From: Aeropyrum pernix K1
Lineage (GTDB): Archaea; Thermoproteota; Thermoprotei_A; Sulfolobales; Acidilobaceae
Length of the DNA stretch: 32,000 nt
Assembly (NCBI RefSeq): GCF_000011125.1
Contig: NC_000854.2
Span: 900,001-932,000 of the forward strand
Direction of reading: 5' to 3'
Under the pieces are notes generated by a model, which was not told where the DNA came from, did not search any database, and was given only the letters and a program-made list of their open reading frames with translations. Shown here piece after piece: positions 9,853-19,903 of the stretch. The translations under genes and the position numbers were made by a program. Each line of letters opens with the position of its first letter. Position 1 is the first letter of the stretch.

Positions 9853-12063
9853 TTAGGGGCCTATCAAGTCGTCTATCTTCGGCGGGCTTGGTGGGAGGCC
9901 CTTCCTCTGCCTTATCTTGGCTATGAGGTCCTGGAGCATCTGGTCCGGTACAGGTGCCCAGCCGTAGAACTCCACTCCCCAGAACGCCCTTCCAGCTGTG
10001 GCGCTCCTAAGTTCTCCGGCGAGGTCGAAGCTCTCGGCCACAGGTATGGCGGCTATTATCCTTGCCATCACTCCCGTAGTCTCGACGTTGATTATCCTTC
10101 CCCTCTTCCTGGTTAGCACGGCTGTTATGTTGCTTAGATACTCCATCGGCGCCCTTATATCGAGCTTCTGCAGCGGCTCGAGTAGTGTCGGCCTGCCATC
10201 CAGTATACCAGCCCATATGGCGTTCCTGACAGCGGGGTATAGCTGTCCGGGGCCTCTGTGGACGGGGTCTTCGTGGATCACGGCGTCGTGTAGCACCACC
10301 TTTACACCCCTGACGGGCTCTGCTGCGAGTGGGCCCTCCTTGAGCGCCAGCCTGAACCCGGCTATTATAGTGTCCTTAACCTCCCTGAGGTACTGGACTC
10401 CGGCGGTCTTGTCAACGAACACGTTTATGTTCTCGTCTATCGCCCAGATCTTCCTAGCCTCGTTATAGTCCCAGCCGGCCTTGTCAGCCAGTATTCTTGC
10501 CCTATCCTTCGGATCCTGGTCCTCAGTCACCGCCCCGTTCTGTATGAGGGTTATGGTTTCCTCGTTCAACGGCTCGACGCTTATATATAGCTTGTTATGC
10601 TTGTTGGGGCTCTTGCCCTCGAACACCCTGCTCTGCTGCCGGACTGTCTCCCTGTAAACAACTATAGGCGGGCTCGCCTTGACCTCCACTCCGAACTTCT
10701 CCCTTAGCATTGTGAGGGCTATCTCGAGGTGTAGCGGGCCCATCCCCGAGAGGAGGTACTCGCCCGTCTCCTCGTTTATCTTGACGACGAGGTTGGGATC
10801 TTCTATCGTGAGCTTCCTAAGAGCCTCTATCATCTTGGGGAGGTCCTGGATCTTGACTGGCTCAACAGCTATGGTTACCACAGGCTCGCTCACATACCTC
10901 AGGCTCTCGAACGGCGCGGCGTTCTCCTCGTACCCGAGGGACACGACAGTTTCGCCAGCCCTAACATCCTCGAAGCCCATGACTGCCCCTATGTTGCCCG
11001 CGGGTATTTCCTTGGTAACCTCTCTGAAGGGTCCCATGTAGATGCTGACCTGGAGCAGCCTAGACTTCTTGCCGGCGTTCAGTAGATAAACCTCTTCCCC
11101 GCTTCTCAGCGTGCCGGAAAAGACTCTGCCTGTAGCCACAAGGCCGGCCTTCTCAATCCTAACGTCGTTTATGAAGAACACCAGGGGGCCGTCGGGATCC
11201 GCGTTAAGCATCGCCTGGCCGATCTCAGAGTTTATGTCGCCCTTCCATATCTTCGGTATCCTATACCTCTGAGCCTCCCTTGGGTTGGGCACGAACTTTA
11301 TCACCATGTCAAGCAGGGTCTCGTGGAGCGGCATCTTCTTGGAGAGCTCGGCAACAGCCTCCTTCCCCTTCTCGTACGCCTGTATGATCTCCCTGAAAGT
11401 AATCCCCTTCTTCTTGACCTGCGGGACCGAGATGCCCCACTTGTCCTTTGCACTGCCGAAAGCCACCATACCGGCGTTTGGGTCTAGCTTCCACTTCTTC
11501 CTGAACTCGGGCTCTGCATACAGGTCTATGAGGTTGTTGACCTCCTTTATAATCTCTACGAAACGCTGCTGTATCTTCTCAGGAGGGAGCTTAAGCTCCT
11601 TGATCAGCCTGTCCACCTTGTTTATGAACAGAATGGGCCTGACCCTCTCCTCGAGGGCCTGGCGTATGACAGTCTCAGTCTGCGTCATCACACCCTCTAC
11701 AGCATCCACCACCACTATGGCGCCGTCCAGCACTCTGAGGCTCCTGGTCACCTTGCCCGAGAAGTCGACGTGGCCTGGGGTGTCGATGAGGTTTATGACA
11801 TAGGGTTTCCCCTCGTACTCGTGGTAGAGGCTCACGTTCGCGCTTTTAACGGTTATCCCCCTCTGCTTCTCGACATTGAGATAGTCCAGTACAAGGGCCT
11901 CACCAGCGATCCTCTCGGAGATTATGCCCGCCGCTGCCAGCAGGCTGTCGGAAGTAGTTGTCTTCCCGTGGTCGACGTGGGCGATTATACCAATATTCCT
12001 TATCTGGTCTATATTCCTCATTATCTTCTCTATCTCTGAGACGACCTTTACTCTGGCTCCCAT
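9853..12063 (-). CDS. fusA: Translation elongation factor aEF-2
   Basis: 736 aa; [30 protein letters not shown] and diphthamide-loop [14 protein letters not shown]. Confidence 0.98.
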   Translation of the reverse strand: MGARVKVVSEIEKIMRNIDQIRNIGIIAHVDHGKTTTSDSLLAAAGIISERIAGEALVLDYLNVEKQRGITVKSANVSLYHEYEGKPYVINLIDTPGHVDFSGKVTRSLRVLDGAIVVVDAVEGVMTQTETVIRQALEERVRPILFINKVDRLIKELKLPPEKIQQRFVEIIKEVNNLIDLYAEPEFRKKWKLDPNAGMVAFGSAKDKWGISVPQVKKKGITFREIIQAYEKGKEAVAELSKKMPLHETLLDMVIKFVPNPREAQRYRIPKIWKGDINSEIGQAMLNADPDGPLVFFINDVRIEKAGLVATGRVFSGTLRSGEEVYLLNAGKKSRLLQVSIYMGPFREVTKEIPAGNIGAVMGFEDVRAGETVVSLGYEENAAPFESLRYVSEPVVTIAVEPVKIQDLPKMIEALRKLTIEDPNLVVKINEETGEYLLSGMGPLHLEIALTMLREKFGVEVKASPPIVVYRETVRQQSRVFEGKSPNKHNKLYISVEPLNEETITLIQNGAVTEDQDPKDRARILADKAGWDYNEARKIWAIDENINVFVDKTAGVQYLREVKDTIIAGFRLALKEGPLAAEPVRGVKVVLHDAVIHEDPVHRGPGQLYPAVRNAIWAGILDGRPTLLEPLQKLDIRAPMEYLSNITAVLTRKRGRIINVETTGVMARIIAAIPVAESFDLAGELRSATAGRAFWGVEFYGWAPVPDQMLQDLIAKIRQRKGLPPSPPKIDDLIGP

Positions 12064-12113
12064 GGTGCGCTACACCTTCCATGGTTAGCCGGTGCCCGCC
12101 GAGGGTTTTTAGC

Positions 12114-12878
12114 TTATCCAGAACCAGCCTCCCCCTCGCCTCTATAGAAGTCGTCAAGGCTGGCATGCCTTCTCCCCCCTCCGGTGCTTCTCTTGTAAGG
12201 TGTCATGAGTATCTTCTTAATCTCCTCCGCCCTCTTCTCGCCTATGCCCTCCACCTTCGATATCTCTGCCTTGGAGGCCGTGAAGAACCTCTCCAGGCTC
12301 CCGAACCTCTCTAATATCCTCTCCGCCGTTCTCCTCCCAATGCCTGGGAATGACTGGAGAATGTAGAGCTGCCACTCCCTCACGTCAGAGAGGCGGGGCT
12401 TCTTATGTATAACAATCCTCTGACCACCCTCTCTAGTGGAGAGGCGGGCGAGGCTCTCTATCACCAGCGCCGTCCCCTTCGGGTCCATAGTGTTCATTAA
12501 CCTAATCCCATAGTCCAGCTGTAAGGCGGCCATAGCGGCGTAGAGGCTCCTCTCCCTCCCTCTGTAACGCCTGGGCACAGGAGGTCCTTCAACTATTATG
12601 AAGACGGTTTCATAATGCTCCGCAAGCCTGGAAGCCTGCTCGAACAGCCTACCGTCGAAGAGGCTCTTGGCGAAGTCGCTGCTAGTCTTCCTCTCAACTA
12701 TAATAGAGTCGGAGACAAGGTAATCCCCCATGGGGAGCTGCTTAGGTATAACTTGTACCCCAAGGCTCTCGAGAATAGAAGGAACAGGGCTCCTCTCCTC
12801 CCTAACATCCACATAAACTCTAGGCCTAAATCCGCCTCGCCTGTAGCGCCCGCCCTCCAAAATCCACGCCCCAGCCAC
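12114..12878 (-). CDS. xpf: XPF/Hef-family structure-specific endonuclease
   Basis: 254 aa; nuclease motif VERKTSSDFAKSLFDGRLFEQ, C-terminal helix-hairpin-helix pair FPGIGRRTAERIL and VEGIGEKRAEEI. Confidence 0.95.
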   Translation of the reverse strand: MAGAWILEGGRYRRGGFRPRVYVDVREERSPVPSILESLGVQVIPKQLPMGDYLVSDSIIVERKTSSDFAKSLFDGRLFEQASRLAEHYETVFIIVEGPPVPRRYRGRERSLYAAMAALQLDYGIRLMNTMDPKGTALVIESLARLSTREGGQRIVIHKKPRLSDVREWQLYILQSFPGIGRRTAERILERFGSLERFFTASKAEISKVEGIGEKRAEEIKKILMTPYKRSTGGGRRHASLDDFYRGEGEAGSG

Positions 12879-12961
12879 TTCCTAGTGGAGCCTGGCATGT
12901 GAAAGGGGGTTATGGCGATACTGGCCCGCCTACTTGTCCTCCAAGCTTTGGAGCCTCCGGA

Positions 12962-14008
12962 CTACCCCTTTTCAAGCGTCTTTACACACATCCACCCTAG
13001 CCTGCCTGAGATCAGGTTGAAGGCTTTTACAGCCATATCCTCCGCGCTAAACGCTGCCGTGTATGGTATGTGAGCCATGCCAGCCTCGTCGTGCCCCCCA
13101 CCCTCCCCCCCGAACTTCTCAGCCAGCATGGAGGCGATGGCACGTGCTGTAACACCCTTCTCCAGGGCTAGAGGGGACACTCTAACAGAGAGTCTGAATT
13201 CGGAGGTCCTCTCCGCAACGGCTACAGCTACGTCAGCAGCCTCGTCCACCAGGCTCTTCGCCACATCACTCTCGAAACTGCCGATATGGGTGACAGCGAT
13301 TAACAGCTCGCTGCATGCCCTCCCGATTTTGAGGCGGGAGAACGCCTTCAGCTTGGCCAGACGGAGTGAAAGGTCGCCTCTATCCCTCCTACCTCGCTGG
13401 CGGCCAGCCTCCAGGACCTTACCGTAGTCCGCCCCCATGGATAGCAGGTGGGCGGCTGCCTCGAAGCTTAGTTTCGACGCCCTCAGAAAGCGTCCCGTAT
13501 CATATACAATCCCACCTAGCGCGGCGGTGGCTACCGACGGTCTAAGAGGCGTCCCGGCTTCGACTGCTGTTTTAACGGCAAGCTCGCTGGAGCTGCCTGC
13601 ACCGGGGTCGACTAGAGCCACGTCAGCCTCTTCATGTATAGAACCTCTCTCGTGATGGTCGATGACCACCTTCAGCCGCGCCGCCCTGAAAAGGCTCTCA
13701 GCCCCCGCTATCTGGCTGAGGTTTGCGGCGTCCACAACAACGGCTATGAGCGGGTTTTCGTCTGGGCTGCATAGGGGCCCGAACTCCTCGCCCACGGCCT
13801 CGAGAAGCCTTTTAGACTGTCTCGAAATGCCTTCGGGGCTGTAGAGGCAGGGATTCATCCTTAGAGCCCGGAGGACCTCGCGGACGACAAGAGCCGCACC
13901 GACGGCGTCGGGGTCGGCGTTCCTATGTGTTATCACGGCCGACTTTTCTCCCTCCGCCTCGCCTGCCACCTCTTTTAGAGCCTCCACGAGTCTTGAGGCG
14001 CTGCTCAA
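12962..14008 (-). CDS. DHH/RecJ-like phosphoesterase
   Basis: 348 aa; [28 protein letters not shown] motifs and C-terminal GGGHDEAGMA (DHHA1-type). TTG start at 14008; downstream GTG starts at 13987 or 13969 are possible. Confidence 0.9.
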   Translation of the reverse strand: MSSASRLVEALKEVAGEAEGEKSAVITHRNADPDAVGAALVVREVLRALRMNPCLYSPEGISRQSKRLLEAVGEEFGPLCSPDENPLIAVVVDAANLSQIAGAESLFRAARLKVVIDHHERGSIHEEADVALVDPGAGSSSELAVKTAVEAGTPLRPSVATAALGGIVYDTGRFLRASKLSFEAAAHLLSMGADYGKVLEAGRQRGRRDRGDLSLRLAKLKAFSRLKIGRACSELLIAVTHIGSFESDVAKSLVDEAADVAVAVAERTSEFRLSVRVSPLALEKGVTARAIASMLAEKFGGEGGGHDEAGMAHIPYTAAFSAEDMAVKAFNLISGRLGWMCVKTLEKG

Positions 14009-14255
14009 CCCTTTTCACCTCCTCCTCAACTATAGCATCTACAATGTCCTGCAGACCCTCGAGCCCGGGCCTCACAGCCTCTACCTCAACGCTCAGGCTC
14101 GTGACCCCGGCCTCGCCGCTGGAGGCTTTGACCAGTATTGTAAAATGTGGTGAAGTTGAGCCGAGGACCTTCTGGAGCCTCTTCCTTATCCTCTCTTCAA
14201 GCTCCAGCAGAGCCTCCTCAAGGCCTTGTGTGCTAGGCTCCTTTCGCCCCTCCAA
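13923..14255 (-). CDS. DUF3194-like small protein next to prefoldin beta
   Basis: 110 aa; identified mainly by position between prefoldin beta and the DHH phosphoesterase. Acidic helical N-terminus and Gly/Arg/Lys-rich tail. Confidence 0.65.
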
Positions 14256-14604
14256 CTGCCCCTCCCTGCAGGAGCCTCCTAAGCTCCGACTCTATCCTCT
14301 CGAGCTCCTTCTTCAGATGCTCCTCCTGGCTCTTCAGCACCTTGAGCTTCAGCTCCAGATCCTCCTTCCTCTTGTTGAGGTCCTCCACCACCTCGTTCTT
14401 GCTCTTTTTCACAAGGACGAAGCCCGTGAGCCTGTAGAGCTCGGCGTCCTCCGGCAGGCCTTCAAGCTCCTTTAAGACACTCTCCACCTCGGCTAGGCCA
14501 GCCTCTACAGTGGCCTTCTCCCTCATAACCACGCTCAGGGTCTCCCTGAGCTTCAGATACTTAGTGTACTTCGCCTCAACCTCTGGCGGCAGCCTCTCTA
14601 CCAT
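14233..14604 (-). CDS. pfdB: Prefoldin beta subunit
   Basis: 123 aa; coiled-coil with [52 protein letters not shown]. Confidence 0.93.
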
Positions 14605-14629
14605 AGCCTGTCAACCGGGATACACTTTC

Positions 14630-14911
14630 CTAATGGGGAGATTTATCCTTGAGCCCCCTCTCCTCTCCCCGCGTGGCGGACCCGGATATGGCTGCTAGTG
14701 AGGCGTGGATGAGGAGTAGAAAGCTGTTCGTAATAGCCCTCAAACCGGCCAGATCGCGGGCTCTGATATGCAGTACCACGCAACCGTCATCCATACCCAG
14801 CTTCACTACCCCCTTTGAGGGCCCCCTCTGCCTGGCCTCAGCCTCCAAGCTTCTGTATATAGCCTCCGAGTCGGTGCCCAGGCATAGCCTAAGCCTCGCC
14901 CTGTAGCTCAA
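14630..14911 (-). CDS. pcc1: KEOPS complex Pcc1-like subunit
   Basis: 93 aa; ...DSEAIYRSLEAEA...VVLHIRARDLAGLRAITNSFLLLI... matches the Pcc1 pattern; expected superoperon neighbourhood. Confidence 0.78.
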   Translation of the reverse strand: MSYRARLRLCLGTDSEAIYRSLEAEARQRGPSKGVVKLGMDDGCVVLHIRARDLAGLRAITNSFLLLIHASLAAISGSATRGEERGLKDKSPH

Positions 14912-15765
14912 CCCTCCTTCCCCCCGATTTCAAGGGGTGTCCTGAACCAGACGTCAACTTGGGTGAATGGTATTTCTATACCCTCCCTCGCCAGCGCCTC
15001 CCTGACTGTCTTGATCACCTGCATAGAAGCCTGATACCAGTAGTCTGTGGGCACCCAGACCTTCACGTCTATTATTACCCCGCTGTCGCCTAGCTCTGAG
15101 GCGTAGACCTCGGGACTCGGATCCTTTAGTACCAGGTAGATGCTCTCGAGAGCATTGGAGATTGTATTGATAGCCTTGCCTATGTCTTCCCTGTAAGCGA
15201 TGGAAGCCTTGAAAGTCAGCCTCCTGACAGCGCTTTTGCTGTAGTTCACCATATAGTCGTTTATAATCCTCGAGTTGGGTATCCTCACCACCTCCCCGTC
15301 GAGCGTCCTAACCCTAGTCGACATGGTTGAAATCTCCACCACCCTACCGATGAAACCTCCTATAGAGATTAGGTCGCCGATGACCAGGCTTTTCTCGCCG
15401 TAGAGGTATAGGCCGGAGAAGAAGTTCGAGAAGAGAGGCTGTAGGGCGAGGCTGAGAACCAGGCCTGCGAAGCCTCCGGCGACGAGGAGGGCCGTGAGCT
15501 CAACCCCTAAGGCTTGCAGTGCTGCAACCGCTGTTAGAAAGAGGACCATGTAGTAGGTTGACCTTGCCAGCAGGTGTGTTATGTCTCGGGGGAAAACCCT
15601 AGACCCGTACCTCTCTATAGCCCGTCTGGCTGTCACAGATGCCAGAAGCCCCAGAGCGAGTATAACCAGGGCTAGCGCAACCCTCTCGACCGGGAGGTTC
15701 ATAAGGGTGCTGGTTAGCCCTGATATGCTATCTGAGGATGATCCATCCATAGCCAACCTACACAC
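14908..15765 (-). CDS. mscS: Small-conductance mechanosensitive channel (MscS family)
   Basis: 285 aa; GFAGLVLSLALQPLFSNFFSGLYLYGEKSLVIGDLISIGGFIGRVVEISTMSTRVRTLDGEVVRIPNSRI. Confidence 0.95.
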   Translation of the reverse strand: MCRLAMDGSSSDSISGLTSTLMNLPVERVALALVILALGLLASVTARRAIERYGSRVFPRDITHLLARSTYYMVLFLTAVAALQALGVELTALLVAGGFAGLVLSLALQPLFSNFFSGLYLYGEKSLVIGDLISIGGFIGRVVEISTMSTRVRTLDGEVVRIPNSRIINDYMVNYSKSAVRRLTFKASIAYREDIGKAINTISNALESIYLVLKDPSPEVYASELGDSGVIIDVKVWVPTDYWYQASMQVIKTVREALAREGIEIPFTQVDVWFRTPLEIGGKEG

Positions 15766-16477
15766 CCCACATCATGTCGGTCCTCTGGAAGAACCTCGGC
15801 GGCCTAACCTCCGGCGGGTCTGATATGGGCATTGTACCCTCCCTAAAGGGCTGCCTATACATGACAACCCCCCTATACCTCTCAACCTCGACAGCCAGCT
15901 CCTGGGTATAAGCCCTCCATGTGCCCCGCTCGAAGTAGAGTTTTAGGGGGGCTGAGTCTAGGAGGATTCTGGATAGCGTAACAGGGGTTCCGGATATGTT
16001 TTTTACAGCAATCCTGGCCAGCGCCCGACCCAGACTGGGCTCCTCGGGTCGTGGCGAGACGCTGGAGATAGCAAGCCTAGCCACGACCCCTGACTCCGGA
16101 GGCCCGTAGAGCACTAGACTGGGCTTATCATCCATAGGAATAACATCGACAATCGTGGGCTCATCCCCTGGAAAAGCGTAGATAGCCGTGTCGACGGGGA
16201 TTAGAGTGTAGAATGTCCTCTCCGACCCTGGCGATACCACTATCCTCGGTTCAATTCGCAGAAGGATAAACCTAGTAACATACAGTGGCTTGAATATCGG
16301 GTACATCGGGACAGGCTGCAGGTCTACAGTGCCGTCGAAAAGCAGCTCGACGCTCCCGCCGCCATCCACTTCACGCCTATACCTCACGAGCCCGTCTCCA
16401 GCAGTCTCAACAACAACCCTGGAAGAGCCGAGTCTGTGTTCACCCTGTTCTAGAGGGACTCCATAACCCGCAGCCAT
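15758..16477 (-). CDS. DUF432-like archaeal protein, coupled to mscS
   Basis: 239 aa; PVPMYPIFKPLYVTRFILLRIEPRIVVSPGSERTFYTLIPVDTAIY; overlaps the mscS start by 8 nt. Family assignment is from memory of the pattern and the MscS neighbourhood. Confidence 0.6.
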   Translation of the reverse strand: MAAGYGVPLEQGEHRLGSSRVVVETAGDGLVRYRREVDGGGSVELLFDGTVDLQPVPMYPIFKPLYVTRFILLRIEPRIVVSPGSERTFYTLIPVDTAIYAFPGDEPTIVDVIPMDDKPSLVLYGPPESGVVARLAISSVSPRPEEPSLGRALARIAVKNISGTPVTLSRILLDSAPLKLYFERGTWRAYTQELAVEVERYRGVVMYRQPFREGTMPISDPPEVRPPRFFQRTDMMWGV

Positions 16478-16488
16478 CCTAACCCCCC

Positions 16489-17082
16489 TTAAACCCTCCG
16501 GCCCCTCTTAACCATCTCAGCCGGCTTCCCCAGCCTGAGCATGGGACCGACGGGTGCACCTCCATACCTAAAAGTCACAGCGACTGTCCTGGCGTCTAGA
16601 CTCTCTATAACGGCCTCAACGTAGCCAGCAGCCTCGGGCGGCTTAAGGCGGGCGTGAAAGGCTATTACGAATGCATCAGCGAACTCCACCGCCACTCCCG
16701 AGTCGAGGGGCCTGGCGACGAGGACCTCGCCGCCCCTCAGACTAGGCAACCCCCACCTTCGCTCTCGAGAGAGGCTAACCCCCTTCACTATGAAGCTGAC
16801 TATGTTATCAGGCCTCTCCGGACCCTCCACCGCGTAAACCCGGATTATGCCCGGGTTGCCCCTCCTCTCCCCGACCACCACAATCCTGTCGGCCCCACGT
16901 ATGATGGCTTCCCTCGCGAGCTCCTCCATACTATAATGCCCCCTTGTGAAGCGGAAGGCGCCTGGTATTGTGGCTGAAAGGTCTTTCACGAAGCTTCTTA
17001 TCCTAGGGCTGGGCCTCCTGCTGGTTGTCACTAGTATCCTGTAGCCTCCAACACCGGAAGGCCTCCCCTTACCGCCCAACAT
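16489..17082 (-). CDS. Brix/Imp4-like ribosome biogenesis protein
   Basis: 197 aa; RILVTTSRRPSPRIRSFVKDLSATIPGAFRFTRGHYSMEELAREAIIRGADRIVVVGERRGNPGIIRVY. Confidence 0.9.
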   Translation of the reverse strand: MLGGKGRPSGVGGYRILVTTSRRPSPRIRSFVKDLSATIPGAFRFTRGHYSMEELAREAIIRGADRIVVVGERRGNPGIIRVYAVEGPERPDNIVSFIVKGVSLSRERRWGLPSLRGGEVLVARPLDSGVAVEFADAFVIAFHARLKPPEAAGYVEAVIESLDARTVAVTFRYGGAPVGPMLRLGKPAEMVKRGRRV

Positions 17083-17126
17083 GCGTAACCTAAGATAGGA
17101 ATTTTGAGTTGGCCTACGGTTTAAAG

Positions 17127-17140
17127 GAGGTTGGAATACC
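17127..17140 (-). promoter_or_regulatory. Candidate TATA box upstream of the Brix gene
   Basis: Minus strand reads cctcctttaaaccg about 50 nt upstream of the start at 17082. Confidence 0.4.
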
Positions 17141-17208
17141 GGGGGTCAAGTGCGAGCCCGTGGTTTAATTGGAGGGAAAAGGGTTGTGCATGGATCCAGG
17201 CCTTGAGG

Positions 17209-17469
17209 CTATCCTCTCACGATATATCTCTTAAAGTATTTTGCTAGGCCGCTTCTAGGAGTGTACGCCGCCCCCGCCCACGTGTTGCCGCATTTACGGC
17301 AGGACCATACACCCACCGAGACTCTTCTAACGGTGCCTGTAGAGCCGCAGAACGGGCATTCGTGGGGCTGGTAGCGCCTTGCCAGTATGTCACGAACCCT
17401 CTTCCTAACGCTCACCCCGTACCTGGGGCCGTACCTGCCCGCAGGGCCAACTACCTTTGTTCTACCCAT
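17209..17469 (-). CDS. rpl37ae: Ribosomal protein L37Ae
   Basis: 86 aa; CPFCGSTGTVRRVSVGVWSCRKCGNTWAGAAYTP zinc ribbon. Confidence 0.97.
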   Translation of the reverse strand: MGRTKVVGPAGRYGPRYGVSVRKRVRDILARRYQPHECPFCGSTGTVRRVSVGVWSCRKCGNTWAGAAYTPRSGLAKYFKRYIVRG

Positions 17470-17485
17470 ACCTCGCTACCTCCCA

Positions 17486-18316
17486 CTAGGGCTTGATTGC
17501 CTCTTCAAGGGCTTTAAAGTAAACTTTCGAGGCTTCAAGGCTGTAGCCTATCATCGTCTCGATATCGGCCTCTGTTAGGCTTCCCATGCCAGTCTTCTGT
17601 AACCCCACTATCCTGCCGTTCTCGTCGACAGCGGTCACTAGCCTGACGTCGGACACAGCCTCCTCCTCGATGTTAGGATCTACCACTATGTACCGGTCTA
17701 TCTTGGCGGTAGTTACAGTGACTACTCTCGTTTTAACCTTTAGCTCTTCGCCCTCGCCCTCTTTGCTTATGATTATCTCGCCGGTCTCGCTCTCCTCGTA
17801 CCTCGGGAGCCTCGCCGTTAGGAGGACGGCCATGGTCGCAAGCATACTAGCGTCGAAAAGGTTTCCATCATGGTCTATTATATACAGGTCTACCCAGAGG
17901 ACCCACACCTTTTCTCCAGGCCTTATAACGAGGCTTTCAAGGTCGACAGCCCCAACCTCCCTCAAACTCCTGTCAACCACTCTCGCCAGCTCAATAGCGT
18001 TCTCGTCGGGCGGTCCTGGCTCGAAAACGGGGCTGGCAAGGGGGACGAACTCGGCGTGGACTGTTAAAACACCCTGGTTTGGAGTGTCCTTGAAGGGGGC
18101 TCCAACGCCAGCTTTAACACCCGCTATAACCTGAGTCTTGCCGAGCTTTACTAGCGCAGAGCCCTCGGCCTTCTCGATTATCCCCGTCTCTATCTTCACA
18201 TTCCTCGGAGTCTTCAGATCCCTATCCCCAGGCCTCCACCCCTTCCGGAGCAGGGAGAGATAGGCCTCCCTAACAATAACCGGTGCAACCGGTAGCCTAT
18301 GAGGCGTTATACTCAC
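17486..18316 (-). CDS. rrp42: Exosome complex subunit Rrp42 (RNase PH-like)
   Basis: 276 aa; RNase PH fold pattern [23 protein letters not shown]...; directly downstream of rrp41. Confidence 0.95.
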   Translation of the reverse strand: MSITPHRLPVAPVIVREAYLSLLRKGWRPGDRDLKTPRNVKIETGIIEKAEGSALVKLGKTQVIAGVKAGVGAPFKDTPNQGVLTVHAEFVPLASPVFEPGPPDENAIELARVVDRSLREVGAVDLESLVIRPGEKVWVLWVDLYIIDHDGNLFDASMLATMAVLLTARLPRYEESETGEIIISKEGEGEELKVKTRVVTVTTAKIDRYIVVDPNIEEEAVSDVRLVTAVDENGRIVGLQKTGMGSLTEADIETMIGYSLEASKVYFKALEEAIKP

Positions 18317-19053
18317 TCCTGTCCACCCCCCACCTCGAGATAACTCTTCCTAATAGCCTCCTTCTCCATCTCAACAACCCTGTCTATCGCCCGAAGCGCC
18401 ATGGCCAGGGCCGTCCGGAACTCCTCTCCCGTGAGGACCCCATTGAGCTGTAAAAGCGTTATCTCACCTATATCGGGAGCAGCCGCAACCGGCATGTCAG
18501 CCTCACCATACATATCCTCAAGCTCGTCAACATCAACCACGAGGACACCCTGTATCTTGCCTACAGCCACACCGCCCACTAGAGCCCTCATAGGTATGCC
18601 AGCGTCGGCCAAGGCTAGACTGGCGGCTGTAACGGCAGCCGTCCTAGTGCCTCCGTCGGCTTGAAGGACCTCGAGAAACACGTCTATAACAGTCCTCGGG
18701 AACTCCTCCGCCAGGACAACAGGTTCGAGGGCTTCTCTGACAACCTTGGAAAGCTCTATCTCCCTCCTGCTGGGGGCAGGGCTTTTCCTCTCGTCTGTCG
18801 AGAATGGGGCCATATGGTATCTGACTCTGAGCGCGGCCCTATCGGGGAGAACGTAGAACCTCTGATGCGGCTCTCTGGGGCCGTACACAGCTGCTAGGAC
18901 CCTCGTCCTACCGAACTCCACTAAGGCGCTGCCGTCGGCGTTGTGTAGGATGCCTACCTGCATTCTAACAGGCCTCAGATCCTCGGGCAGCCTTCCATCA
19001 TGCCTCCTCCCGTCTCGTATTAGCTCTACGCCGGCTTGAGCAGGTCCCGCCAC
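18313..19053 (-). CDS. rrp41: Exosome complex catalytic subunit Rrp41 (RNase PH-like)
   Basis: 246 aa; [46 protein letters not shown]; [19 protein letters not shown]. Confidence 0.97.
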   Translation of the reverse strand: MAGPAQAGVELIRDGRRHDGRLPEDLRPVRMQVGILHNADGSALVEFGRTRVLAAVYGPREPHQRFYVLPDRAALRVRYHMAPFSTDERKSPAPSRREIELSKVVREALEPVVLAEEFPRTVIDVFLEVLQADGGTRTAAVTAASLALADAGIPMRALVGGVAVGKIQGVLVVDVDELEDMYGEADMPVAAAPDIGEITLLQLNGVLTGEEFRTALAMALRAIDRVVEMEKEAIRKSYLEVGGGQE

Positions 19054-19057
19054 TATG

Positions 19058-19765
19058 CTACACCTCCCTAATCCTCCTCTCCTCCTCTATGAACTTGATA
19101 ATTCTCTTCGTTAGACCTGAGGTATAGGCTTCTTCATCTATGATCTTAATAGCCATCACCGCAATCGCCTCCAGGTCTTCGTTAGGACACTCCAAGTGTA
19201 TCCTCCCGTTCCTCGCCACGAATATCTTGCACTCAGTCTTCTCCTCGAGCGTCTTTAACATACTCATTTTCCTCCCAATAACACGGGGTACCTTCGCGGG
19301 TGATATCTCCACGATCTTTCCTCTGACAATCCTCCCTAGACCTTCTCCCTGGACAGTCAGCAGAGGGCTCCTAGTCTTGTCAAAGGCGACAACCTTCGCC
19401 TTAATATAGTCTCCTACCTTGAGAAGAGACTGCATGTCATCCACCGCAGGGTTAAACGGCCTGCCCAGGAAGTCTTGGACCGAAAGAACGGCAACATAGG
19501 GGCTGTTAATATCCACGAACCAGTTCATAATGCCGACACTCTGTATAAGCCCTATGACAACGTCTCCAGCCTGGGGTACGTATATCTCCTTGAGCTTGAC
19601 GAAAGCTCTACCGCCTCCATCACCCTTTTCCCTCAGCAGGCCGACAACAGTAGCCCTCTTAACCCCTTTATAGTCTATAACGTAGGGGGGAGAAGCCTCG
19701 ACCTCCTCAGGCAACGGCTCTCCGGGAACAACTATCCGCCCTGCCAGCTGTCTCTCGCTACTCAT
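19058..19765 (-). CDS. rrp4: Exosome RNA-binding subunit Rrp4 (S1/KH)
   Basis: 235 aa; [21 protein letters not shown]..., S1 segment [26 protein letters not shown]-like [24 protein letters not shown]. Confidence 0.96.
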   Translation of the reverse strand: MSSERQLAGRIVVPGEPLPEEVEASPPYVIDYKGVKRATVVGLLREKGDGGGRAFVKLKEIYVPQAGDVVIGLIQSVGIMNWFVDINSPYVAVLSVQDFLGRPFNPAVDDMQSLLKVGDYIKAKVVAFDKTRSPLLTVQGEGLGRIVRGKIVEISPAKVPRVIGRKMSMLKTLEEKTECKIFVARNGRIHLECPNEDLEAIAVMAIKIIDEEAYTSGLTKRIIKFIEEERRIREV

Positions 19766-19903
19766 CCCTACACCCGATAGTGAAGCCGTTGAGCCGAGAG
19801 GCTTTTATTAGCTTACTCGGCAACGAGATACACGCAACATAGGAGGTAGGCGAAGGGTTTGTGGGTGATTTGGGGTTTAAGGGTTGGAAGGTGTTGTTCA
19901 GTA

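Noticed and set aside
11285-11803. 172-aa plus-strand ORF opposite aEF-2
   Set aside because: Entirely antisense to a strongly conserved gene; Ser/Leu-rich low-information translation typical of the complement of GC-rich codons.
13927-14475. 182-aa plus-strand ORF opposite DUF3194-like/prefoldin beta genes
   Set aside because: Antisense to conserved superoperon genes; Leu/Ser repeats mirror the coiled-coil codons.
17128-17178. Short plus-strand peptide ending IPGVKCEPVV* resembling part of RpoP's LPGVRCPYCG
   Set aside because: Lacks the paired CxxC ribbon, is on the opposite strand from the superoperon and overlaps a candidate TATA box; treated as chance.
17586-18134. 182-aa plus-strand ORF opposite rrp42
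   Set aside because: Antisense shadow of a conserved RNase PH-like gene; no domain motif.
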